NCBI GenBank assembly: GCA_049512075.1
Contig: JBEKXL010000001.1
Location: forward strand, 224,001-288,000
Reading direction: 5' to 3'
DNA from: Candidatus Bathyarchaeia archaeon
GTDB taxonomy: Archaea; Thermoproteota; Bathyarchaeia; Bathyarchaeales; Bathycorpusculaceae
Length of the DNA stretch: 64,000 bases
Shown: positions 50,884 to 61,074 of the stretch, piece after piece
How the letters are laid out: every line of letters begins with the position of its first letter
Numbering within the stretch: position 1 is the stretch's first letter
Made by a program: the position numbers and the translations under genes
Notes under the pieces: model-generated
What the model was told of the DNA's origin: nothing
Databases searched by the model: none
What the model saw: the letters and a program-made list of their open reading frames with translations, nothing else

Positions 50884-52326
50884 ATGGATGATTTAATCTT
50901 CGGAGCCAGCGACTTTGGAGCTCTGGATCTAATTAGAAAGTTCAACGAGGAACATTGGAAAGGTTCTGAAACGGATCTAGGTTGGCGTTATGATCTGGAG
51001 AATGATGACCCAAAAGTCGTAGAAATTAGAGAATCTTTGCAGAAGATACAGGACAAGCTAGAGTCTCTCAGGGCATATTTTGCGGGAAAGAATGAATACA
51101 CGGGCCTAGTTTCGGCTGTTCAGAAAAAAACGAATGGCAGAACAAACAGGTACCTATCTCATCTCTGGCTGTATTTCGTGAAAGGTTTGGAGAACAAGCC
51201 GCCAAATGAACCTCAGCTTCAGATCACGATAAAGTCGCAAGGCATCTCTACTTCATTATGGTTCGAGAACAAAAAGGCTAACGAAGAATATCTTAGAGAT
51301 TTCATCGACAACTATTCTGAGCATCTGAAATCCATGGACAAAATCGCTTTCGAGGTCTACGCGCCGCAATTAGGTGGCAAACTCACAAACTCCTATTCAA
51401 AAATCGAATGGAATGAATTTGTGAAGGAAATATCAAGTCTGAACTATGACTGCAAGGTTAGCCTAAACACAGGTATTGATAAGGATGAAGTGTTGTCCTC
51501 AGGGAAAGGAATAGTCTCTCTGATTGACAAACACCTGAGCATCATAAAACCTCTGTTTGACCATGCTACAAATCCAGGTAAAAGGTTCATATTGGCTAAC
51601 ATTGAATGGAACGACTACGGTTGGACAAAGCCCCAAATACCGAGCAATCCAAGCTTCGGATACGCAATAGATGGGAATATGCCCCATGATACCCTGAATT
51701 TCAAATTTGACAAACCTGCCGATACTGGCGATAACGTTTACGGTTATTTCCAAACAGGAATAGGTGGACCAAAGGAATTCCTAAAATGCAAAGACCAAGA
51801 CAAAATCATCTTTTTCTATTCCAGGAGAAAAATCGTTGGAGCGTTTGGCGCTGCCGAATACCTTAGTAAAACCATCGAGTACGACCACAATGCGTTTGAG
51901 AATGGCAAACACTTTTTGAACATAGTTGGAAGAAGAGACCTGTCGCTAGGGTTCCTCAAAGAGGCTCAATTGGACTCAAGACCTGAATACATGAACGACA
52001 AGGTAATGGGAAGGAGCAATTTCATTTATATTAGCTGCACAAACGCAAAACGAATTCTCGAAGACGTCATTAGCAAATATCAGAAGATAATCGCGGAAAA
52101 TCCCCAAGACAATGATGCGAAAGAGCAAAAGAGAAAATTGAATAACTTGATAGAAACACTCGGACCTCTGCCGCAACTCCAAGACAAGAACGGAGAAGAC
52201 GTGTTTGATCTTCTTTCTGAGAAGAAACAGATAATTCTGTACGGGCCACCAGGGACTGGGAAAACATATAAAGCTCACAGAGTTGCCATCCAATTTCTGA
52301 GAGGTGATCAAAGTGAGCATTACTAG
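50884..52326 (+). CDS. McrB-like sensor subunit 1, ending just after Walker A
   Basis: KKQIILYGPPGTGKTY, then stop 19 aa after GKT; no Walker B. Confidence 0.8.
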   Translation: MDDLIFGASDFGALDLIRKFNEEHWKGSETDLGWRYDLENDDPKVVEIRESLQKIQDKLESLRAYFAGKNEYTGLVSAVQKKTNGRTNRYLSHLWLYFVKGLENKPPNEPQLQITIKSQGISTSLWFENKKANEEYLRDFIDNYSEHLKSMDKIAFEVYAPQLGGKLTNSYSKIEWNEFVKEISSLNYDCKVSLNTGIDKDEVLSSGKGIVSLIDKHLSIIKPLFDHATNPGKRFILANIEWNDYGWTKPQIPSNPSFGYAIDGNMPHDTLNFKFDKPADTGDNVYGYFQTGIGGPKEFLKCKDQDKIIFFYSRRKIVGAFGAAEYLSKTIEYDHNAFENGKHFLNIVGRRDLSLGFLKEAQLDSRPEYMNDKVMGRSNFIYISCTNAKRILEDVISKYQKIIAENPQDNDAKEQKRKLNNLIETLGPLPQLQDKNGEDVFDLLSEKKQIILYGPPGTGKTYKAHRVAIQFLRGDQSEHY

Positions 52327-52966
52327 CATGCCTACATCTGAAATTGCACTACTCGGCCCAACAAGTGAATACTATGTTGATGAATGCATGGAATTCATAA
52401 AAAATAGAGGCAAAATTTGCACTAGTTGGACTTATTCTCTGTCACAGGACAAAATTGTTTTGTTGAAAAAACAGATTGAATCGGAAAAGTATTTCCACTT
52501 ATACTTTCAGATCTCGAAAAGTTCTGGCGGTTCCGGTTTAGTTAATTACAGAGCAAGAGTAATAGACTTTCAATTCTCTGAAAATGAAACACCGTCACCT
52601 GACCCAGACTATTCTACAGATGAAGAGAGTGCGCAAACAGGACGTGGATGGTACACGTTTGACAGAATAGAACAATTGACACCAAGTCGTTCTTTGGAGT
52701 CTTTCGAGTCCTTCGACAATAGTGAGAACATTAGCCAAAACATGTTCTCCCGCATGCGTCAACCACACTCACCGTTCATATTAGTCAAGGATTTCAAGAT
52801 ACCTGTGAAGAGCATGCCTGAGGCTGTTGGGTTTGGGAATCTAAGGACCCTTCTAGAAGAGAAGAAGCAAATAATCTTTTACGGCCCGCCGGGTACAGGG
52901 AAAACGTGGTATGCCAAGAGGTTCGGAGAACTTTTTCTCAAGGAGCCTTCGAAGAAATCTGAATGA
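52313..52966 (+). CDS. McrB-like sensor subunit 2, ending just after Walker A
   Basis: GAGGTGA SD-like site before GTG 52313; KKQIIFYGPPGTGKTW, then stop 19 aa after GKT. Confidence 0.8.
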   Translation: MSITSMPTSEIALLGPTSEYYVDECMEFIKNRGKICTSWTYSLSQDKIVLLKKQIESEKYFHLYFQISKSSGGSGLVNYRARVIDFQFSENETPSPDPDYSTDEESAQTGRGWYTFDRIEQLTPSRSLESFESFDNSENISQNMFSRMRQPHSPFILVKDFKIPVKSMPEAVGFGNLRTLLEEKKQIIFYGPPGTGKTWYAKRFGELFLKEPSKKSE

Positions 52967-52972
52967 AAGGTT

Positions 52973-54184
52973 GTGAACTATGTGGAGAAACGCGAAAGTA
53001 GCGCTCAAGAAGCATGGAAAAACAAGAGAATAGAAAGCATCAAGTTAATCGATGCGCCGCAGGGAGTGAAAGAAGAGCTAGTTAAAGCCATAATTTCAGA
53101 AGACAAGAAAAAGTTTGCTCAAATAACGCAAAGGGAGAACCTCGGCGAGATAATTGGAAAACTACGCTGGAGTGAAGAAGGAAATCTCTCTCTTTTTGAT
53201 GCCCCTTGGTTCGCAACGTCTTGGACAAATGGCGAGAGTGCGAAAGATGCCAGCAGATTAAAATTCATTACCTTTCATCCCTCCTACAGTTATGAGGAGT
53301 TTGTTGAAGGAATTACTGTTGATACAAGTCAGGGGTCACAAGAACACAAATCAGGCGAGATACGTTACCTGAGAAAGCCAGGGATATTCAAGAGAATTTG
53401 TACTGCTGCCCTTGCCCAAGCTATAGGAGAAAAAACAGACCCTGGTGTCGATGGTGATCAATGGAGCCGAATTTATGCAAAGTATGTGGAGAAAACCAAG
53501 AACAAACAAGCCACTATGGACGCAGTTTGGAAGAGCGCAGACAGGTTCGTTTTGATCATTGATGAGATAAACAGGGGTGATGTCTCCAAAATTCTAGGAG
53601 AACTGGTGACATTGCTTGAAAGTGACAAGAGACTGGGTCAGGAAAATGAACTAACAGTCCAGTTGCCATATTCAAACGACGTGTTCGGTGTTCCGCCTAA
53701 TGTGTACATAATAGGAACAATGAACACCGCAGACAGGAGTATCGCGTTAGTAGATATTGCTTTGCGCAGGAGATTTGGTTTCGTAGAAACACCCCCAGAC
53801 TTCAAGGCAGTCAGGACAGAGCACATTGAGAAGAACAGGGAAATGCTCCAAGATAATCAAGTCTACGAGTATCTAGTAAAGTCTGTGGACGCAATTGAGA
53901 AGATCAATGGCAGAATCATAGATAGTTTAGGAAGGGACAAACAGATAGGGCATTCCTTTTTGTTCAAAGTCTTTGACCAGAAAGGTCTAATGAGAATGTG
54001 GCAATATGAGCTTCTCCCGCTCCTTGAAGAGTACTACTACTGCGATTACGAGAAGATAACAAAAACACTAGGACTGCAGGCCAAGAACATCTATGTCAAC
54101 AAGGATGAAGGAATCAAGGGCTTTAATGGTATTGCAGAACTAGACCAATTCTTGAATGCAATACTCAAGGCCGCGGGAACGTAA
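52973..54184 (+). CDS. mcrB: McrB GTPase body lacking Walker A
   Basis: FITFHPSYSYEEFVEG, IIDEINRG, GTMNTADRS, ALRRRF, QIGHSF. Confidence 0.88.
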   Translation: MNYVEKRESSAQEAWKNKRIESIKLIDAPQGVKEELVKAIISEDKKKFAQITQRENLGEIIGKLRWSEEGNLSLFDAPWFATSWTNGESAKDASRLKFITFHPSYSYEEFVEGITVDTSQGSQEHKSGEIRYLRKPGIFKRICTAALAQAIGEKTDPGVDGDQWSRIYAKYVEKTKNKQATMDAVWKSADRFVLIIDEINRGDVSKILGELVTLLESDKRLGQENELTVQLPYSNDVFGVPPNVYIIGTMNTADRSIALVDIALRRRFGFVETPPDFKAVRTEHIEKNREMLQDNQVYEYLVKSVDAIEKINGRIIDSLGRDKQIGHSFLFKVFDQKGLMRMWQYELLPLLEEYYYCDYEKITKTLGLQAKNIYVNKDEGIKGFNGIAELDQFLNAILKAAGT

Positions 54185-55502
54185 AATGAGCGAAGTATTC
54201 GACGTTGAGGAGAATTCACCTGGAAAAGAGCTGGATTTTGAACTAACCGAAGAAGATGCAGCCTATTTAAATAACGAGGTTTTCATGAGCGGTAGTAGAA
54301 AGAACATAGAGGTCTTCTATAAATCAAGAGAAGGAAGACCTCATATCAAGGTCGGTCCGTATGCTGGGATAATCCAACTTAGTAATAGACGAATTCACTT
54401 CTCCACTAAGGTGAATACTCGACTTTTCTACATGCTGAGTTATCTCAAGAATGAAGATGAGTTCCTTTACGACCCAAACACACCTATTGAAATGAAGGAA
54501 GGCATGAATTTCTTTGACATCATAGGGAAGTTCTTCCTAAACTATCTGAATGAGTTACTTGAGCGAGGTCTTCTTAAGAAATACGTCAAGAAAAGGGAAA
54601 ACCTACGTTTTTTGAAGGGGAAGCTGTCAATTGGCGACCAGATAAAACATAATTCTGTTGACAAATCCAAGTTCTTCTGTGAATACTATGATTTGACTTT
54701 TGATAATTTGGAAAACCGGATCATCCTAAGTGCTTTGAACTCTCTGATCTCCCTGATAAGATTCAACCTCAGAATAAGGAACGAGTTGAAGAGACTGGAG
54801 ACGATCCTCCAAGATTTTGTCATGTTGAGTAAAGTGAATCCTCAGGAATGCAGTCGTGTCAAGTTTAATCGAGTAAACCAGTACTATGAACCAATAATCA
54901 GACTGTCAAGGCTTATTCTAGAGGAAAGGTACCTCAGAAGTGTTTTCAAAGGGGAATCGCGAGGGTTTAATTTCATAGTCAACATGAATAGAGTCTACCA
55001 AGATTTCATAACGCAAACAATTGAGGAGATCATGACTGAGGATGAGGGATTTGAGGGGTTTGAAGTTGTAAAGGAACCTCGCTTCAAGAGTCTTGTCAAA
55101 GAAAGGGCAATAGTAACACAGCCGGATATTGTCATAAAGAGAGGTCCGAAGAAATACCCGCTGATAATCGACGCAAAGTATAAGAAAGATGACCCGAATG
55201 CAGACTACTATCAAGTAATCGCGTATAGTCTGGCGCTGAGAGAATCGAACGACGTTTGCTGTCTGATTTATCCTTCGTCTGAAGGCTCAAAAATCGACAC
55301 AGAGCCGCTTACTTTGGTGCAGAATCTTGCAGAAGAAAATTCAAGAGTTGTAAAGCTGCAAGCTAAAACAATTGACCTGTTCTTGCAGGGAGACGAGAAA
55401 ATGGAATATGCTGATTACATCAATGCAATAAAGAACCAAGCTAAGAACATACTCGTGGGTCTCATCGGCGGAGGAGAAGAATCAAACACTACGACGAACT
55501 AG
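54156..55502 (+). CDS. mcrC: McrC-family nuclease
   Basis: FIVNMNRVYQ, QPDIV, IIDAKYK, DYYQVIAY; likely start at ATG 54186. Confidence 0.9.
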   Translation: MQYSRPRERKMSEVFDVEENSPGKELDFELTEEDAAYLNNEVFMSGSRKNIEVFYKSREGRPHIKVGPYAGIIQLSNRRIHFSTKVNTRLFYMLSYLKNEDEFLYDPNTPIEMKEGMNFFDIIGKFFLNYLNELLERGLLKKYVKKRENLRFLKGKLSIGDQIKHNSVDKSKFFCEYYDLTFDNLENRIILSALNSLISLIRFNLRIRNELKRLETILQDFVMLSKVNPQECSRVKFNRVNQYYEPIIRLSRLILEERYLRSVFKGESRGFNFIVNMNRVYQDFITQTIEEIMTEDEGFEGFEVVKEPRFKSLVKERAIVTQPDIVIKRGPKKYPLIIDAKYKKDDPNADYYQVIAYSLALRESNDVCCLIYPSSEGSKIDTEPLTLVQNLAEENSRVVKLQAKTIDLFLQGDEKMEYADYINAIKNQAKNILVGLIGGGEESNTTTN

Positions 55503-55529
55503 CGCGAGCGCGAGCCAAGTTGACTATCC

Positions 55530-56507
55530 ATGATTGAGGCCAAGAGGTTCCTGAGAGGTTCGCAGATGGCTGAGGAGCTGCGAAACTCGATAGACGAGGC
55601 AGAAACAATCAAAATTGCGGTGGCTTTCCTAAAGGATGGTGGCTACCATGAAATAGACGCCAATTTGGAGCAGGCGCTTAACAATGGTAAAAGTATTGAT
55701 TTCATAGTTGGAGCCTGCCCAAGCTATCACATAACCGATCCACATGTTCTCCGTGAACTGAAACAGTTGGAAGAAAGACATCCTAATTTCAACCTAGGCT
55801 TCTTCTCCAAAGGAGATTTCCATCCAAAACTGTTCATTTTTCAAAAAACAAATACTGTCAAAGTAATTATCGGAAGTTCCAATTTGACTTCTGGAGGAAC
55901 GGGCGATAATGTTGAGGCAAACATACTCGTTGAAGGTAACGCCGGAGAGCAATTGATTAAAGAGATCATGGCTTTCTTTGATGATGAGGTTTTACCTGCA
56001 TCATACACTCTGACAGGTGAATACATCAAATATTATGAGGAGATTTTCAATACCCTTGCGAGAAGCGCAAAAAGAACTGATAGATGGCAGATGCCAAAAC
56101 TGCTACCAAAATCTGGCTCGCCACGGTACAGGCTATACCTTGAAGATATACACCCTTTGAATGAACGCCGAGCAGCTTTCGACAAGAAACACAGGATTTC
56201 GAAATATGCCCAAGGTGCTGTTTATTCTTGGAACAAGAATAATGAGATTGACGGAATTGTTGTTCTTTGGTATAAAAGCAACATAGAACAATATTTTCCG
56301 AACGAGAACCGCCCATATCTAACGGTAGGTAGATACCTAGTTGTAAATAACCTTAGACAAGGAATGGACATCTACCTAGTCGAGAACAAATATGACAGAG
56401 AATTAGGCACAAAAAGGATAGACAATCCGAAGGCTAGGGCATACGGAAAGCTTAGAGCTGTAACGCGGGTAGATGGAGATTCAGAGATCCAAATATTCCC
56501 ACACTAG
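55530..56507 (+). CDS. PLD-family (HKD) nuclease, NgoFVII-like N-terminal domain
   Basis: IAVAFL, FHPKLFIF, IIGSSNLT. Confidence 0.82.
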   Translation: MIEAKRFLRGSQMAEELRNSIDEAETIKIAVAFLKDGGYHEIDANLEQALNNGKSIDFIVGACPSYHITDPHVLRELKQLEERHPNFNLGFFSKGDFHPKLFIFQKTNTVKVIIGSSNLTSGGTGDNVEANILVEGNAGEQLIKEIMAFFDDEVLPASYTLTGEYIKYYEEIFNTLARSAKRTDRWQMPKLLPKSGSPRYRLYLEDIHPLNERRAAFDKKHRISKYAQGAVYSWNKNNEIDGIVVLWYKSNIEQYFPNENRPYLTVGRYLVVNNLRQGMDIYLVENKYDRELGTKRIDNPKARAYGKLRAVTRVDGDSEIQIFPH

Positions 56508-56588
56508 CGCACTACTGTTCACAGGGCAAAGATGGCTCTACATCCAAATGATAAGCTGACTACAGAGAGATGCGCGCGCGCTTTGACG

Positions 56589-57299
56589 CTACACAAGTGC
56601 ACGAATATGGCTCAATAATTGTCCCAGAAACTGATCTGCAGACAGGTCTTCAGACGGCTCTGAATAATTCTCAGTTTGTTCCGCACGCTGCTTGTCTGCC
56701 AGCATGAAACAAGCGGAGTTATAGTGTCGTTCCAGAACCAATTTCCTACACAGCAATTCGTATCTTCGTGCATAGGACGCTTCTTTGAATTCAGGAAAGA
56801 CTAGGAAATGAGGTTCTGAAATCTTTACAGGGGTTGTCGATTTGGAGCATTCTTCCAATAGGAAAAGATAACCGAGCCAAGGTTGAGGAGATTGCTTGAA
56901 AGCACGTTCTCTGTATGCTGTCCATATATCGACTGCGCTTCCTATAGCTTCCTCTGTCCTATTGTTGAAATTGTTTCCGAAGGAAGGACCGACTTGCGAT
57001 TTTAGCTCAACAGCAGCCAACAACTTACCTTTTGAAACAACCACTATATCCCATTCTTTCGTAGGTCTGAAGAACCCTGGGAGTTCCTTATTCTTCACAG
57101 CATAAATATCCGAGGCACTGGCTCCTGCAGCTATCATCAGATCCCTAATCTTCACAGCAAAGCTATTCATCTGCTGACCCCCAGTGACAGCAGGTCTCGA
57201 ACCCTGATCTGCTATACCTTTTTCTGCTTGCGCACCACGGATTTTCCAGAAATCCCTCACAGCAGCTGAAAAAACGTGAGGTTCAATATTAGGAATCAT
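56589..57299 (-). CDS. PaeR7I/XhoI-family type II restriction endonuclease
   Basis: AVTGGQQM, LPGFFRPTKEWD, ELKSQVGPSFGNNFNNRTEEA. Confidence 0.9.
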   Translation of the reverse strand: MIPNIEPHVFSAAVRDFWKIRGAQAEKGIADQGSRPAVTGGQQMNSFAVKIRDLMIAAGASASDIYAVKNKELPGFFRPTKEWDIVVVSKGKLLAAVELKSQVGPSFGNNFNNRTEEAIGSAVDIWTAYRERAFKQSPQPWLGYLFLLEECSKSTTPVKISEPHFLVFPEFKEASYARRYELLCRKLVLERHYNSACFMLADKQRAEQTENYSEPSEDLSADQFLGQLLSHIRALV

Positions 57300-57314
57300 A
57301 ATGTGCCTATTGTT

Positions 57315-58697
57315 TCAAGAACTATATAATCTCTCAGGGATTGGTAATTCTTTAAGCGCACTACTTTGTAGCCTTATGAAGTTGTTTGCGGCTCTTTGGG
57401 AGTTCTTTGCCAGCCAATCTCTGGCGAGATCACTCCTGAGATATTCTAGTAGGTCTCTTATTCTTGAAACATGCTTGGGAACAATATAATACACTGAGTG
57501 CCTAGGAATAAATAGTCCATCTCCATCCAGCCAAAAGTAGGGCCGAGCGGCAATGTCCTTACAGAGTATTTTAGAGCAAAGGAGATCCTTCATCGGAGGG
57601 TTTTCATGAAACGCATACCAAGGTTTCTTTCTGCAGCAAGATCTTTGTTTGAGCCTCGCAGCAATATGCGGTTGAGACAGATACTTACCAAAATCTCCGA
57701 GTTTCTCAAAAGGGATCAATTCGCCTTGTTCATCATAGGGTACAAGGATAGAGTAAAGCGAAGGCAACTTTTCGTCTTCATAACGCAATTCCCTACCAGA
57801 AATTGTAGGGTATGCGAATGCTTCAAGATATGAATCCAAGGTGTCAGTTCTTTTAATAAAGATCTCATCGGAGCCGGTTGCTACGCCACAACTAATTCTA
57901 ATGCAAATATCTTTCAGTTTATGGTTCATACAGATATTTACGCTACCATTCAACGTTGGCAGCCATCTTTCGCCATTCTTAGGCAGGGTCGCTTTCTGGG
58001 TTGTTCCATTTCGATAACTGACTTCAGTTTCTCTTAAAGGTGGTGAGTTCTCGACAATTGTAATTGTCGGGTAAGTTGTCAAGCCACTGAAAGCATTCTC
58101 TTTGAGGAACTCAATTTCTCTTACTTGCATCCCGGCCATTATTCGGCGGAGAGGTCTTGAGGTTTCTACGTAGGTGTATTTCTCAGGCGTAATGAATACA
58201 AGCCGTCCATCTTTTTTGAGAATCTTCAAAGCTTTTTCAAAGAAAAGCAAATACAAATCAAACCTGCTTCGCGCCGTTTCATACAAGGGCTTGTAAAGGC
58301 GTTTCTCCTCTTCAGAGAGTTGAAGTATGGAGACATAGGGCGGATTGCTTATAATAAACTCGTATTCTCCGTCGCAAGTCGCCAAGAAGTCGCGTTCTTC
58401 AACTCTAACTTCAGGGTATTCTCTAAATCTGTTTCTGGCAATCGACCCTAATTTAGGGTCAAGCTCCACGCCTATGATTCTCGGAAGCGGGTTTTTATGT
58501 TTTTGGCACCATAGAATAATACCTTCGATAAAATCTCCCGCGCCGCAGCCAGCATCGAGAAGTGTGTCACTAGATTTCGGCGCTCGATCCTCAAACAATT
58601 TAGCTACCATATGTTCTACTATCGTGGCAGGAGTCTGAAAGTGGCCTTTGGCAGTCAACAAAGCAGCATCCCCTAGGCAATTTTCAGCAAGTGACAT
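57315..58697 (-). CDS. Cognate N6-adenine methyltransferase (PaeR7I/TaqI-like)
   Basis: LDAGCGAGDF, SNPPY, DLYLLFFE, GVATG. Confidence 0.9.
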   Translation of the reverse strand: MSLAENCLGDAALLTAKGHFQTPATIVEHMVAKLFEDRAPKSSDTLLDAGCGAGDFIEGIILWCQKHKNPLPRIIGVELDPKLGSIARNRFREYPEVRVEERDFLATCDGEYEFIISNPPYVSILQLSEEEKRLYKPLYETARSRFDLYLLFFEKALKILKKDGRLVFITPEKYTYVETSRPLRRIMAGMQVREIEFLKENAFSGLTTYPTITIVENSPPLRETEVSYRNGTTQKATLPKNGERWLPTLNGSVNICMNHKLKDICIRISCGVATGSDEIFIKRTDTLDSYLEAFAYPTISGRELRYEDEKLPSLYSILVPYDEQGELIPFEKLGDFGKYLSQPHIAARLKQRSCCRKKPWYAFHENPPMKDLLCSKILCKDIAARPYFWLDGDGLFIPRHSVYYIVPKHVSRIRDLLEYLRSDLARDWLAKNSQRAANNFIRLQSSALKELPIPERLYSS

Positions 58698-58789
58698 TAA
58701 CAAACAAGAAAGCGATCTTGAAGCATATAAGTGCGCTTGCACTCTCAGCACGCACTTGTGTTAGAGGTTACACTTTGCGCGCGCGCGCG

Positions 58790-59128
58790 ACTTGTTAGGT
58801 GCGAATTGAGAGCTCTGTAAAGCATGCTTCCAATCGCTCGTACTTCGTCAGCCTTCTTGTTGGAGATAGTAGTTTCTTGGGGGTTACCAGAGATAATGCC
58901 GTTTAGGAAGCCTCTTTCCATAAGATCCCAGTCAGTGAAGTAAATGTACTCATCTACGATAAAGTAGGGCATTCCAACTCGCTTCTCCCTCAGTTCCTCC
59001 CAAGCCGCATCCTTACTCACTTTGAGGCGCCCTTTGTAACATGGGAATTTTGAATAATCGCGTTCAGGAGTGGACTCAAATAGATTGCTAAGATACACTC
59101 GTTTCACCTCGGTCCAACATTTTCTCAA
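58790..59128 (-). pseudogene. N-terminal fragment of a gene truncated at a 13-nt GC tract
   Basis: Overlaps the upstream gene; frame runs into RARA encoded by 58777-58789. Confidence 0.55.
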
Positions 59129-60377
59129 TCTCTTTTCGAATAAGTTTGACTCGATCGCTTTTCCTAAAGACTGTGCTGACTAGGGCATACCCAGATTCTG
59201 ATATTTTTGGGACTACCATGCCTATGATTTCCAACAAGATTAACTCAACGATCGGAGCTAATACTGAAAGAAAGGTGTTGTATGCTAAAAAGACTACGAT
59301 AGCAACGATGACTGAAGAAGCAAAAGGCACAAGCCCTTTCACGACAGAGATGTAATACTTTTCGATGATAGCGCTATTGATCAGGTCGAATAGCCCGACC
59401 TTATCAACTCTGGTATACTTGTCCGCCTCCTTGCTTCTTTTGAACTCTTGATACTGTTCGATTTCGTGTGCGGGAACCGTGTAAATACGCTTGAATCCGC
59501 AGTTGCACAATGACAAGGCAATAGTGGAAATGAACGCCACAGATGATGGCTGTCTTTGCAGTGTGACAACACTGTCTTCGGACAAAGTCAGCGATAAGCG
59601 ATAATTGTCTTTCATCTTCTCGATTTCTATGTCTGGAGTGCGTTTGGCGTCCATATAAAGAAAGAAGCTGGAAAGTCGTTGCCTGAGTTTGCGTTCCTCA
59701 ATCCCGTAGCCTTCTTTCTTGAAATAGTCAACTATTCCGAAAACAATGCGTCTGTTGCAGTGAACTGACAACGTGATGTAAGGTCTGAGCAGGAGGGCTT
59801 TGATATCTTCTGATTCGGCTGTATCCGACAGTTTCTCTATTTCTGCCTTTGTACTGTCATAAAGAGACTTGAGGGGTTCATTCAAACGAAGGGCTGCGAG
59901 ACTGTACAGCAGCTTGATCTTTGTCTGGGTACTACCAATGTTTTGAAATTGGTTCGAAGCGGTAACAGCGACTTGCGAAGCTCTCGCTCTTATGTCGCTC
60001 AGAGTGTTGTCTCCAGGTGGAGGATCAACCAAATCATAGAAGAATGCCAAACTGAAAAGATACTCGACGGCGAATGACAGGCGTTTCGTTTCGCTCTCTG
60101 CTTTGGCAAGGACACTCTCGAGTCTGACATGAACCTGTTCTCTCTGGTCATCGAACTGCTCAAAAATAGCGTAAAGACCCAGCAAGTAAGGCATAAGAAA
60201 CTGCCTGTCGCTACTCCAACGTTTTTCAACTTTGTTGACAAGATCCTCAAGATGACGAGTGTAGCCAACATCGAGTGAGCCATGCAGACAGGTTAGCACT
60301 GCAATCGCAAATAGGCTATTTACAGCCTCTTCTTCTGTCTCCCCACTCCAAGAATTCTCATCTTTCTTGACGAACAA
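59088..60377 (-). CDS. Alpha-helical protein with two C-terminal TM helices
   Basis: 429-aa ORF; hydrophobic LVPFASSVIVAIVVFLAY and VLAPIVELILLEIIGMVV. Confidence 0.7.
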   Translation of the reverse strand: MFVKKDENSWSGETEEEAVNSLFAIAVLTCLHGSLDVGYTRHLEDLVNKVEKRWSSDRQFLMPYLLGLYAIFEQFDDQREQVHVRLESVLAKAESETKRLSFAVEYLFSLAFFYDLVDPPPGDNTLSDIRARASQVAVTASNQFQNIGSTQTKIKLLYSLAALRLNEPLKSLYDSTKAEIEKLSDTAESEDIKALLLRPYITLSVHCNRRIVFGIVDYFKKEGYGIEERKLRQRLSSFFLYMDAKRTPDIEIEKMKDNYRLSLTLSEDSVVTLQRQPSSVAFISTIALSLCNCGFKRIYTVPAHEIEQYQEFKRSKEADKYTRVDKVGLFDLINSAIIEKYYISVVKGLVPFASSVIVAIVVFLAYNTFLSVLAPIVELILLEIIGMVVPKISESGYALVSTVFRKSDRVKLIRKEIEKMLDRGETSVS

Positions 60378-60593
60378 GATGCGTTCTTCAAGCTCCTGAA
60401 GGAAACTGTAAACCTCCGTGTGAAGGCAAATGTCTTCAGAAATACGGCTTCCCTGCCATAATTATTCTGGCATGATAGATTATCGTGAAACTCCTTTTAT
60501 CATTTGCGGAAGAACTGTCCTACACATACGCTCATGGGTTCCAAGAAGAAAGAGCAACTGGCGAGGTTTCTGTTGTCCGAAAACAGCGCGCAC

Positions 60594-60743
60594 CTATTTT
60601 TCGTGCCTATCCAAATATTCTTGGACAGCAGCCTCTACCTCAATGCTTGCTTTTTTTGCGGCACCGTGCTTTCTGACCACATATGTTAGAAAGCGTTTCC
60701 AGAGTTCGTCGTCTACAAGTATTGTCGTACGGCGTTTGGGCAT
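60594..60743 (-). CDS. Ribbon-helix-helix regulator (49 aa)
   Basis: MPKRRTTILVDDELWKRF...EVEAAVQEYL. Confidence 0.75.
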   Translation of the reverse strand: MPKRRTTILVDDELWKRFLTYVVRKHGAAKKASIEVEAAVQEYLDRHEK

Positions 60744-60759
60744 TTCATATAACCACACA

Positions 60760-60812
60760 GATGTATGAGCATAAAACTTATAAGCCTTGAGCATATAATC
60801 ACATAAGCACAT
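60760..60812. promoter_or_regulatory. Divergent promoter with short repeats (candidate RHH operator)
   Basis: TGAGCATA twice, CACATA repeats and an AT-rich CTTATAAG between divergent genes. Confidence 0.35.
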
Positions 60813-61074
60813 AGGTGTTGAGTAATGACGTCATGCCAGGACTCGACAGATCTTCTCAATCAGAGACTCGTTGAGATAGACACTACGCCAGATCTAAGCA
60901 AATCTAAGCCTGTTGTTACACTCAAGCAGGAGGAGATTGACAAGTTAATCAGACAGTTTGAGATGATGAAAGAGGCATGGATTGCCTTGAAATTTAATGA
61001 GACAATATGCGTAATTTGGAAAGATCTGATTTTTCTTTTTTCGACAAACCGCGAAGAAGAACTTTGATAATGGG

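Noticed and set aside
52964-52966. Selenocysteine recoding of the in-frame TGA in the McrB locus
   Set aside because: No Cys-equivalent context or SECIS-like element recognised; only generic nonsense or readthrough is kept as a caveat.
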